Positions 16,621 through 24,171 are shown, counted from the stretch's first letter. The stretch is 64,000 nt of DNA from Clostridiales bacterium (GCA_015071005.1 SVIG01000007.1:14523-78522); one strand, 5' to 3'. Notes: generated by a model from the sequence alone, not told the origin. A program made the numbers and translations.

Positions 16621-18000
16621 ATGGAAAAAGTGACTTACTTTGATGTAGAATATGCAAACAATAAAAATAAATCTATTTGTCAAATAGGTATAATGTGTGA
16701 AAATTTTTCTGATGGAGAGCCTTATTATCCTGAAAGAGATATTTATATTAATCCCGAAGACGGATTTGATGATTTTTGTATCAAAATTCACGGAATAACC
16801 AAAGATACAGTAAAAAATGAGCCTGCATTTCCTGCTGTGTGGAAAGAAATAGAAAAATATTTTACAAACGCAGTTATTATTGGGCATAATGTTGCTGGGG
16901 CAGACTTGGACGCATTGGTTAAAGCATTAAAACGTTACAATCTTGATATTCCCGAATTGTATTATATTTGTACTTTAGATTTGGCTCGTCAATATGTACC
17001 TTCCTATGCTGTTGCTGATTACAGTATGTCCACATTATGCGAGTATTTCGGTGTTGATATTGACTCGGAACACAATGCTTTTGATGATGCCTGTGCCTGT
17101 GCAGATTTATTCAAGGCTATAATAGAAGAATATGCTATTGACATTGAAGATATAAAAATTAAAAAATATAATCCTTGCGTGGAAAAGGAATTTTCTCAAT
17201 TTGTAGCAAGTCCCGTTATGAGAAAGGCGATTAGCGAATTTTATGGTGTAATTCGTGGTTTTTCTATTGATAATGAAATATCATCTGAAGAGTTTGACTT
17301 CATTAAAAATTGGAAAAAAGATTTTGCTATTTATGATAACCAAAAAGATATTGCAGATATTATTTCCGTATTAGATAAGATTATAGCAGACGGAACTATA
17401 ACCATTGAGGAGATTGTTGAATTACAAGGCGTAGTAAAAGCATATTTAGATGTTGTATCTACTTCGCCGATTACATTAGCAACTCAAATTTTGGACGGGA
17501 TTTTAAGAGGAATTACTGTTGATGGACAAATAACTGAAAGTGAATGTAAAAATTTGCGTCAATGGTTATATGATAATATTTATCTCTCAGACCATTTCCC
17601 TTTTAATAAAGCAATGGAAGTGTTGGATAAAGTTCTTGAAGATTCTATAATTACAAGAGAAGAGGCAGAATATATAACTAAAATGATAAACGAAATGTTA
17701 AACCCTGTTGATTGCTTAAAAGAAGAAATCAATTCGGTAGACGGAAAACACGTTTGTTTAAGTGGAAATTTTGCTTATGGACAAAAATCTGGCGTTGAGA
17801 AATATATTATTTCAAAAGGTGGTATTATAGATTCTTCTGTTAAAAAATCCACGGATATTTTAATGATTGGAAATTGCGAATGCCAAGCATATTCTAATGG
17901 AACATATGGAACAAAAGTGAAAAAAGCAATAGAGTTTAATGAAAAAGGCTGTCACATAAAAATTATAAAAGAGTCTGATTTCTTTTCTTCAATTAAATAG
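16621..18000 (+). CDS. DEDDh 3'-5' exonuclease fused to two TerB-like repeats and a C-terminal BRCT domain
   Basis: 459 aa. Exo motifs FDVEYA, GHNVAGADLDAL and HNAFDDACACADLF (aa 1-170). Two ~70-aa internal repeats (aa ~205-277 and ~288-360) each carry D-G-x-I-(T/S)-x-x-E type motifs. A BRCT-like tail begins GKHVCLSGNF at about aa 372. The gene is visibly AT-rich compared with its flanks. Confidence 0.8.
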   Translation: MEKVTYFDVEYANNKNKSICQIGIMCENFSDGEPYYPERDIYINPEDGFDDFCIKIHGITKDTVKNEPAFPAVWKEIEKYFTNAVIIGHNVAGADLDALVKALKRYNLDIPELYYICTLDLARQYVPSYAVADYSMSTLCEYFGVDIDSEHNAFDDACACADLFKAIIEEYAIDIEDIKIKKYNPCVEKEFSQFVASPVMRKAISEFYGVIRGFSIDNEISSEEFDFIKNWKKDFAIYDNQKDIADIISVLDKIIADGTITIEEIVELQGVVKAYLDVVSTSPITLATQILDGILRGITVDGQITESECKNLRQWLYDNIYLSDHFPFNKAMEVLDKVLEDSIITREEAEYITKMINEMLNPVDCLKEEINSVDGKHVCLSGNFAYGQKSGVEKYIISKGGIIDSSVKKSTDILMIGNCECQAYSNGTYGTKVKKAIEFNEKGCHIKIIKESDFFSSIK

Positions 18001-18116
18001 CAATTAAAGGCGAACTGTTAAAGTTCGACTTTTCCGTTGTATTACGGGCGGGAGTTATAAAGTTGAATAGAAAACCGTATAGGGTGGGGCTAAATGTCCT
18101 GCCCTTAATTTTTTTA

Positions 18117-18156
18117 CAAAGAAAAAAGAACGTAAATCTTGTTCGATTTACGTTCT
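18117..18156 (-). terminator. intrinsic terminator placed directly 3' of the second tRNA 3'-half copy
   Basis: 12-bp stem AGAACGTAAATC/GATTTACGTTCT. A T-run follows on the minus strand (plus-strand GAAAAAA, 18121-18127). Confidence 0.7.
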
Positions 18157-18159
18157 TAT

Positions 18160-18203
18160 TGGTACTCCCTGCGGGAATTGAACCCACAATTAGCCCTTAG
18201 GAG
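18160..18203. repeat. direct repeat copy 2 (tRNA-Arg 3' half through the anticodon loop)
   Basis: 43/44 identical to 16135-16178. The single difference is in the T loop (TTCAATT versus TTCGATT in the tRNA sense). Non-tRNA sequence (TCGAAGG) follows the core. Confidence 0.9.
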
Positions 18204-18560
18204 TCGAAGGCTTTTTGACGTATTTCGTTAAAAACGTGCAGTTTTGTGTGATTTTGTTAGTTCGGTGAGCTAAAAATTCTATTATTTCGTTAAAAATGTG
18301 CAATATCTTTAAAAACTTGGAATAACTTTTAAAATGAATTTATACCAAAATTATACCAATTTTCAAAAAATTGGGTCAAAAAAACAAGGAAAAATGTGAA
18401 AAAGAGAATAATAATATGGATACAGGATACCCCCCTATGTTTTATAAATAAGCGAATGTATCCACTTATATAATACATAAATTAGGAAATCAAGCCGATT
18501 GTTTCATAGGAAGCAGTCGGCTTTTTTTATTGCAAAAATTTCAAAAGGAGGAAAAGAAAA

Positions 18561-18938
18561 ATGCAGTTTAAGAACAGCACACACAAAAGACGGTTCATGA
18601 GCGCAATCAAGCCTATGGACCAAAAAGACAAAACGCAGATGGCGGTAGCATTCTTGCTTACGGCAACAAAAGCGCTGTGGGATCGGAGTCGGATTTGTAT
18701 GATAAACAATAAAATTCTCGTTCATCGAATACACCTCAATCATACCAGCGAAGAAGTCTACGTACTATACTGCGCGGCAAAAGATATCGCCTTTGGCACG
18801 ACGCTCATTTCTGTGAGTGACCTCGTGGATGAAGAGTTGTTATCGAGAGAGCTTTATCGACTTATCTTCACGGCACTGGAGATTAAGAGATTTGGCGTAG
18901 GAATTGTAATTCCGAGTCCGCAAGAAAAGAAAAAATAA
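18561..18938 (+). CDS. hypothetical protein (mobile-element cargo)
   Basis: 125-aa ORF with SD AAAGGAGG. First gene of a co-oriented, tightly packed block. Confidence 0.65.
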   Translation: MQFKNSTHKRRFMSAIKPMDQKDKTQMAVAFLLTATKALWDRSRICMINNKILVHRIHLNHTSEEVYVLYCAAKDIAFGTTLISVSDLVDEELLSRELYRLIFTALEIKRFGVGIVIPSPQEKKK

Positions 18939-18959
18939 TAGGGAGGTAGAACAACGCAT

Positions 18960-19544
18960 GTGGAAAGTATCTTAGAACAAAACAGTCAGGGAATTGAAAC
19001 ACTTTACGGCTCTTCAAACGTTCGCAATAAAAAATTGCGCGGCATAAAAGAGGTGGCGGAGTTCATTTGCAAGGACGGACAGTACGGCGACTTAACAATT
19101 AAACGTAAAGACGGACGCCTGTTTTTAAGAACGAATGGAATATACGTGAGGGAGATTTTCGATTTTGATTATGCAGAAAAACTATTTAAAATATTAGTTC
19201 CAATGCAAAGGGAAGTGGCAAAGGAAGGAGGTGAAGAAAAAATGAATGAATTTGAAAAGATGCGAAGAATGGCGGAAAGGTACAAAGCGGAATATCCGCC
19301 TGGGACGCGCGTAGTGCTTCATCACATGGCGGATCCGTATTCGCCCGTAGAAAGCGGAACGCGTGGAACGGTAAAGCATGTGGATGACGCAGGTCAATTG
19401 CATATGCAATGGGACAACGGCAGAACGCTGGCGTTAGTTCCTGGGGAGGACTCATTCCGTAAGCTCACCGCTGAAGAATTGGCGGAAGAGCAGGGGCCGG
19501 TATTAGACGAGGAGGTGGTAGACACGCCCGTACAGAGCATGTAG
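18960..19544 (+). CDS. hypothetical protein with a DUF4314-like C-terminal domain
   Basis: 194 aa with a GTG start. The C-terminal YPPGTRVVLHHMADPYSPVESGTRGTVKHVDDAGQLHMQWDNGRTLALVPGEDSF matches my recollection of a domain common in Firmicutes conjugative elements. Confidence 0.6.
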   Translation: MESILEQNSQGIETLYGSSNVRNKKLRGIKEVAEFICKDGQYGDLTIKRKDGRLFLRTNGIYVREIFDFDYAEKLFKILVPMQREVAKEGGEEKMNEFEKMRRMAERYKAEYPPGTRVVLHHMADPYSPVESGTRGTVKHVDDAGQLHMQWDNGRTLALVPGEDSFRKLTAEELAEEQGPVLDEEVVDTPVQSM

Positions 19545-19585
19545 GGCTGAAAGCAGAATAGAAAAATAAGGGAAGCGGATAGCGA

Positions 19586-20746
19586 ATGGCTATTCGTTTT
19601 TTTGATATGTTTTCAGGAATAGGCGGATTCCGCAGTGGTTTAGAAGCCATAGGCGGATTTGAGTGCGTGGGGCATTGCGAGATAGACAAGCAAGCCAACC
19701 AAGCGTACTGTGCAATGTATGACGTGAAGCAAGAGGAGGTGTATTTCAATGACGCAACAAAAATCGATCCAAAAGACGTACCAGATATCGACCTTATATG
19801 TGCAGGATTTCCTTGCCAAAGTTTTTCAATTGCTGGAAGACGACGAGGATTCGACGACGTCAGAGGTACGCTATTCTTTGAAATTGCCAGAATCGCTGCG
19901 CATAAGCGACCTGCATATTTGCTCCTTGAAAACGTACCCGGCTTGCTCTCGCATAACAGAGGGTGGACGTTTACAGTCATCCTCAATGCGTTATCAGAAT
20001 TGGGGTACGATGTCGTGTGGCAGGTGTGTAACAGCAAGGATTTTGGAGTTCCGCAATCCCGAAAAAGAGTGTACCTTATCTGCTATCTTAGAGAGAAATG
20101 CACCGCCAAAATATTTTCTTTCCACGGTACAAACGCAAAGACTCCTGTACAAGTCTTGCCAGGCAGATCAGGAAGCCGAGTGTACAGCCCCGTCGGAGTC
20201 GGAATAACGCTAGTTAGCAACGTAGGCGGATTTGGGGGTAAGACAGGTCTATACGACGTGAATAGTCCCGTGAAAATTAAAACGGAAGACGGCTATGCTC
20301 TGGGATATCATTTCATTGATATGAACTGTCCGCCAAACTTAACGGACGAGGCACGTTGCATCACAGCGCGCCAAAACGCGGGGATTAGTAACCGCAAGGG
20401 GGAACACTCAGGAATCTTCATTGAAGACGAACCAAGGGCGATTCTAACGCCAGAAAGAGAAACTGTAAGACAACAGGGCAGGCGGATAAAGGATATAAAC
20501 GAGCCTATGTTCACTTTAACGGTTTGTGATAGGCATGGGATATTGCGTTATGGGAAAGTACGACGGCTGATGCCGATAGAATGTTGGCGCTTGCAAGGCT
20601 TCACGGACGAGCAATTTTATAAAGCGGAAGCAACGGGACTGAAAGACGGCCCGTTGTATAAAATGGCGGGTAATGCAGTGAGCGTACCCGTTATTTCTGC
20701 GTTAGGAGAAATAATCAAGAAAAATTATGAAAAATACAACAAATAA
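19586..20746 (+). CDS. DNA (cytosine-5)-methyltransferase
   Basis: Motif I FSGIGGF, motif IV GFPCQSFS, motif VI LLENVPGL, motif VIII QSRKRVY and motif X GNAVSVPV. Confidence 0.95.
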   Translation: MAIRFFDMFSGIGGFRSGLEAIGGFECVGHCEIDKQANQAYCAMYDVKQEEVYFNDATKIDPKDVPDIDLICAGFPCQSFSIAGRRRGFDDVRGTLFFEIARIAAHKRPAYLLLENVPGLLSHNRGWTFTVILNALSELGYDVVWQVCNSKDFGVPQSRKRVYLICYLREKCTAKIFSFHGTNAKTPVQVLPGRSGSRVYSPVGVGITLVSNVGGFGGKTGLYDVNSPVKIKTEDGYALGYHFIDMNCPPNLTDEARCITARQNAGISNRKGEHSGIFIEDEPRAILTPERETVRQQGRRIKDINEPMFTLTVCDRHGILRYGKVRRLMPIECWRLQGFTDEQFYKAEATGLKDGPLYKMAGNAVSVPVISALGEIIKKNYEKYNK

Positions 20747-20758
20747 GGAGAGTGAATT

Positions 20759-21829
20759 ATGCCCAATTGGGTAACGAACTTTATAGAACTGGAAGGTGAT
20801 GAAAAGAGCATCGCCGAAATGAAGGAAAGCATAAAAAAAGATGATTTTGGCTTGGGGACGATAGATTTTAATAAACTCATCCCGATGCCGAAAGAATTGG
20901 ATATTGTAGCAGGCAGTTCCACGGATAAAGGCTTGAAAGCGTATTCGCTGTTTGCGGAAATTTATCAGCTGGGAACAAAACGCACGAAGGAAGAACTGTT
21001 GAATATCCCTGAAAAGAGTGAGCAGGCTTTTTTGAAATACAAGAAAGATATCAAGTCTGAAGACTGGGAACTTGGCAGACAAGCCTACCGCAACGTATTG
21101 CAATACGGATATCCGACGTGGTATGAGTGGTCGTGTAATAATTGGGGGACAAAGTGGAATTCCTGCGGGTATACGGAAGACGTAGATTATAACGCTGATC
21201 CAAACAAGTTATGGCTACAAACCGCGTGGTCGGCACCTCATCCCATTCTGCAAAAGCTGTCGGAGCAATATCCCGATATTAAATTCACGCATGAATGGGC
21301 GGACGAAGACCTTGGCTCGAATTGTGGCCGTAGGGTATATTTCGGCGGAGAATGCGTTGAAACATATCTACCTGAAACGAACAAGGAAGCGTTGGAAATG
21401 GCGGCGCGAATATGGGAGCTTGACTTGGAGGATTGTGGATTAAGACCGAATGCGTCAGGGACGGATTACGTGTATACTCACCGAGAGGAGTTTGGGTTGA
21501 TACAGGTGTTTGATAAATACGCTTTGTACACCAATGAGCGCCTGACGGAAGCGGATATTCCGAAGGGAACGCACCTGTATCATTTTAGATACACGGACGA
21601 CAACGACCGTATTGGTTCGATAGAAAAATCCGTTCAAGTCAATCATGCAGGCTCGGTGATTACGAAAGAGCCATTCGACCTTGGCGAAGAGGGGCAAGTC
21701 ACGTTTACGAGAGAAACGGATCCTTGTTTCCTTTGCCAAGAAATTACGATGGAAGATTATCTGCAAAACTATGACAATCTGGAAGAGCTTTACGACCAAG
21801 ACCAAGGCATGGGAGGTATGACGCAATGA
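20759..21829 (+). CDS. hypothetical protein with a DUF1281/Api92-like N-terminus (plasmid/ICE-associated)
   Basis: 356 aa. N-terminal MPNWVTNFIELEGDE and WGTKWN motifs are as recalled for DUF1281-type proteins. The C-terminal half resembles ICE polyvalent-protein-associated domains. Both assignments are from memory. Confidence 0.55.
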   Translation: MPNWVTNFIELEGDEKSIAEMKESIKKDDFGLGTIDFNKLIPMPKELDIVAGSSTDKGLKAYSLFAEIYQLGTKRTKEELLNIPEKSEQAFLKYKKDIKSEDWELGRQAYRNVLQYGYPTWYEWSCNNWGTKWNSCGYTEDVDYNADPNKLWLQTAWSAPHPILQKLSEQYPDIKFTHEWADEDLGSNCGRRVYFGGECVETYLPETNKEALEMAARIWELDLEDCGLRPNASGTDYVYTHREEFGLIQVFDKYALYTNERLTEADIPKGTHLYHFRYTDDNDRIGSIEKSVQVNHAGSVITKEPFDLGEEGQVTFTRETDPCFLCQEITMEDYLQNYDNLEELYDQDQGMGGMTQ

Positions 21830-22398
21830 TACAGAAAATCAACGCGGAAGACCTTCGCAAGATGGCGGGCAAGGAAGGACTGATTTTGCAAGGCTGCGGA
21901 GGTGATCCGCAAGAATGGCTGGACGGCATCAACGAGCTGTTGACGAAGGAAGGTATCTTGCAGAACGGTACGAAGTTTGAAAATGCATACGTTTTCCAAA
22001 ACGAAGGGGTAACGAATATCCTTTTCCCATTTGAAGAAAACGTGCAGGTGGACATCGGCAAGCTGGCAATGTGGCGGCTTATGACGCACTCGAACTTCAG
22101 CGGAAAATGGCTGTCCGATTACGTAGATAATAGGCTGGGCGGTTTTATCCGCGCAACGCAAAAACCTGACTGTCCGCTTATCGGCGAGGACGGCAATATT
22201 TTTAATCTTATGGGCATTGCTTCTCGAACTCTTCGCGAACATGGTATGGGCGAACAGGCAAAAGAGATGTCTGAACGTATCCGCGCAAGCGGTAGTTATG
22301 ACGAAGCGTTGAACATCATCGGCGAGTACGTAAATATCACTTCCGCAGAGGAAAGCGATATGGATATGGACGACGCTGATTTTGATTTCAAACAATAA
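21826..22398 (+). CDS. hypothetical protein (ICE-type cargo)
   Basis: 190 aa. The start overlaps the upstream stop (ATGA), suggesting translational coupling. Confidence 0.65.
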   Translation: MIQKINAEDLRKMAGKEGLILQGCGGDPQEWLDGINELLTKEGILQNGTKFENAYVFQNEGVTNILFPFEENVQVDIGKLAMWRLMTHSNFSGKWLSDYVDNRLGGFIRATQKPDCPLIGEDGNIFNLMGIASRTLREHGMGEQAKEMSERIRASGSYDEALNIIGEYVNITSAEESDMDMDDADFDFKQ

Positions 22399-22420
22399 AA
22401 ACGAAAAGGAGGTAAACGGT

Positions 22421-22537
22421 ATGGAAGTAGCATTGTGGTTCATTGTAGGCTTTCTTATCGGCGGATGCACGGCAGGCACGGTAATGTGTTGTTCCTTGCT
22501 TAAGCATACGGCGAGCAGAAAAAGTAAAAACGACTAA
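22421..22537 (+). CDS. small hydrophobic peptide (38 aa, one TM segment, Cys-rich)
   Basis: MEVALWFIVGFLIGGCTAGTVMCCSLLKHTASRKSKND, with SD AAAGGAGG 8 nt upstream. It falls below the ORF-track length cutoff. A hairpin with a T-run follows at about 22550-22600. Confidence 0.45.
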   Translation: MEVALWFIVGFLIGGCTAGTVMCCSLLKHTASRKSKND

Positions 22538-22641
22538 GTAAAGTAAAACCCAAAGCGGTATCAATCGTTCTTAAAAAGGAGATTGGTGCCGCTTTTTTCT
22601 TTTTAAGACGGTCGATGGCGCGGCGGAAAGAGAGGTAAAGA

Positions 22642-23628
22642 ATGAAAACACCCGTGTCAAGAGTAGGGAATAAATCTTCTATTCTACACATTTTGTACGC
22701 CGTGTTTCCCCAAAAATACGGCAGGTTCATTGACGTATTCGGCGGTTCGGGAAGTGTGCTTCTCGGTAAGCCCGAAGTGCATCCGTTCGAGGTGTACAAC
22801 GACTTTGACAGAAACCTTGTCAACCTATTCCGTTGCATGAAAGACCGTACGATGGCAACGATACGCGAAATCGGATTTTGCAACCTAAACTCGCGCGAAG
22901 ATTTTATCGCCATAAAGAAATTCTTTGAATGCGGGAAATTCACTGACGAGTATTTGTCGGAAGAGTTGCAAATGACGGAACTTACTTTACCACCGCTGGA
23001 AGCAGAGGAGATAAAAGAAACACGATTGCGGATCACGCAAGACTATGACGTAAGGCGTGCGGCAATGTTCTTAAAACTCCTTAGATACAGCTATTCCAGC
23101 AGTTGCAAATCATTCGCGTCGCAACCGTTCGATATTCGAAAGCTCTTTGGGCTTATCAAGGAGCTGGAAGACAGAATGGCAAACGTTGTGGTGGAGAATC
23201 AGGACTTTGAAACGCTTATTAAGCATTACGACAGACCTGACAGTTTCTTCTACGCAGATCCGCCATACTTTTCCACGGAAGATATGTACGAAGTAGGCTT
23301 TGGCTGGGACGACCACGTGCGCTTACGGGATACCCTGAAAAATATTCAAGGCAAATTCCTGTTATCATATAACGATTGTCCTGAAATCAGGGAGCTGTAC
23401 GAGGGCTTTTCCATGTTCGATTTCTCGCGAACGCATAGTATGGCGCAACGCTACGAAGCGGGCAAGGAATTCAAGGAACTGTTAATAGCCAATTATGATT
23501 TATACGAAAGAGCGAGGTCGAAACCTTTGCAGATGACGCTGTTTGAATACAAAGAAGAAGATTTAGACGTAGAAAAAATATTAAAGACCTGCATATTAAA
23601 GTCAAGCGATTTTAGGGTAAAAAAATAA
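22642..23628 (+). CDS. DNA N6-adenine methyltransferase (Dam/D12-class)
   Basis: 328 aa. SAM motif FGGSGSV, NDFDRNLVNLF, and the catalytic DPPY (FYADPPYF). Confidence 0.85.
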   Translation: MKTPVSRVGNKSSILHILYAVFPQKYGRFIDVFGGSGSVLLGKPEVHPFEVYNDFDRNLVNLFRCMKDRTMATIREIGFCNLNSREDFIAIKKFFECGKFTDEYLSEELQMTELTLPPLEAEEIKETRLRITQDYDVRRAAMFLKLLRYSYSSSCKSFASQPFDIRKLFGLIKELEDRMANVVVENQDFETLIKHYDRPDSFFYADPPYFSTEDMYEVGFGWDDHVRLRDTLKNIQGKFLLSYNDCPEIRELYEGFSMFDFSRTHSMAQRYEAGKEFKELLIANYDLYERARSKPLQMTLFEYKEEDLDVEKILKTCILKSSDFRVKK

Positions 23629-23715
23629 AAAAATTTTTGCGGTGTATTTGCGCAAGCAAAAACAGCGCCAACAGTCACTGCTGACGCAAAAATATTATGG
23701 AACGTTTAAAGTAAA

Positions 23716-23859
23716 TTATTGTCACAAAATGTACCTATTCAAACTGTAAGTAAATATATGGGGCATAGTGATTCAACGACGACGTTAAAGGTTTATAGTC
23801 ACTTTATCCCAGACACACAAGAACAAGCAATGGAAGCATTAAGCATGATATTGCAGTAG
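23716..23859 (+). pseudogene. tyrosine recombinase/integrase remnant (C-terminal 47 codons only)
   Basis: It translates to LLSQNVPIQTVSKYMGHSDSTTTLKVYSHFIPDTQEQAMEALSMILQ*, the (L/M)GHS...T...YxH catalytic-Tyr region. An in-frame stop lies immediately upstream, and the preceding gene ends at 23628. Confidence 0.7.
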
Positions 23860-23888
23860 TATTTTTAATTTATTTTCTTACTAAAATA

Positions 23889-23930
23889 AAAATCATAGCA
23901 ACCAAGATTTTATTGGCTGCTATGATTTTA
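23889..23930 (+). terminator. intrinsic terminator after the integrase remnant
   Basis: Stem AATCATAGCA/TGCTATGATT followed by TTTTA. Confidence 0.6.
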
Positions 23931-23931
23931 A

Positions 23932-24006
23932 TGGTGTTCCCGCAGGGAATCGAACCCCGAATTAAGCCTTAGGAGGGCTTCGTTATTTCCGTTTAACTAC
24001 GAGAAC
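23932..24006 (-). tRNA. tRNA-Arg(CCU), intact, island-borne
   Basis: 75 nt. Acceptor GTTCTCG/CGGGAAC (one G-U), D arm GTTA-AACGGAAA-TAAC, anticodon arm AAGCC-CTCCTAA-GGCTT, T arm CGGGG-TTCGATT-CCCTG, then discriminator A and CCA. Confidence 0.85.
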
Positions 24007-24132
24007 ATTTTTTAAGTTTTGGAATAAAATCTAGACCGATTTTTATACCGATTTTAAATAAATACTTAAAAATGAAGGTTTTTTGATGTTTTTTTGTTAA
24101 AATTCGCCCGTTTTTGATGGATAGACCTATCG

Positions 24133-24171
24133 CTTAGGAGGGGCTTGTTATATCCATTTAACTAAGGAAGC
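24133..24171 (-). pseudogene. orphaned 5' half of the host tRNA-Arg(CCU) (acceptor 5' strand through the anticodon loop)
   Basis: The minus strand reads GCTTCCT-TA-GTTA-AATGGATA-TAAC-A-AGCCC-CTCCTAAG. The AGCCC and GCTTCCT strands pair with GGGCT and AGGGAGT of the 3' halves at 16135 and 18160. Confidence 0.75.

Larger units (their letters stand above)
16135..24171. mobile_element. composite genomic island (two tandem insertions, E1 and E2) inside a tRNA-Arg(CCU) gene
   Basis: The tRNA 3' half is at 16135-16178 and the complementary 5' half at 24133-24171. The core CTTAGGAG occurs at 16171, 18196, 23968 and 24133. A 44-nt direct repeat lies at 16135 and 18160. An integrase remnant and mobile-element-type cargo are present. 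Confidence 0.75.

Noticed and set aside
18561-23628. A complete restriction-modification or other known defence system in E2
   Set aside because: There are two methyltransferases but no recognisable endonuclease, specificity subunit, helicase or ATPase partner. I read the block as orphan methyltransferases and anti-restriction-type cargo.
16135-24171. A prophage or a complete ICE
   Set aside because: There are no capsid, tail, terminase, lysis, relaxase, T4SS or replication genes. Only a 47-aa integrase stump remains, so these are remnant islands rather than a functional mobile element.
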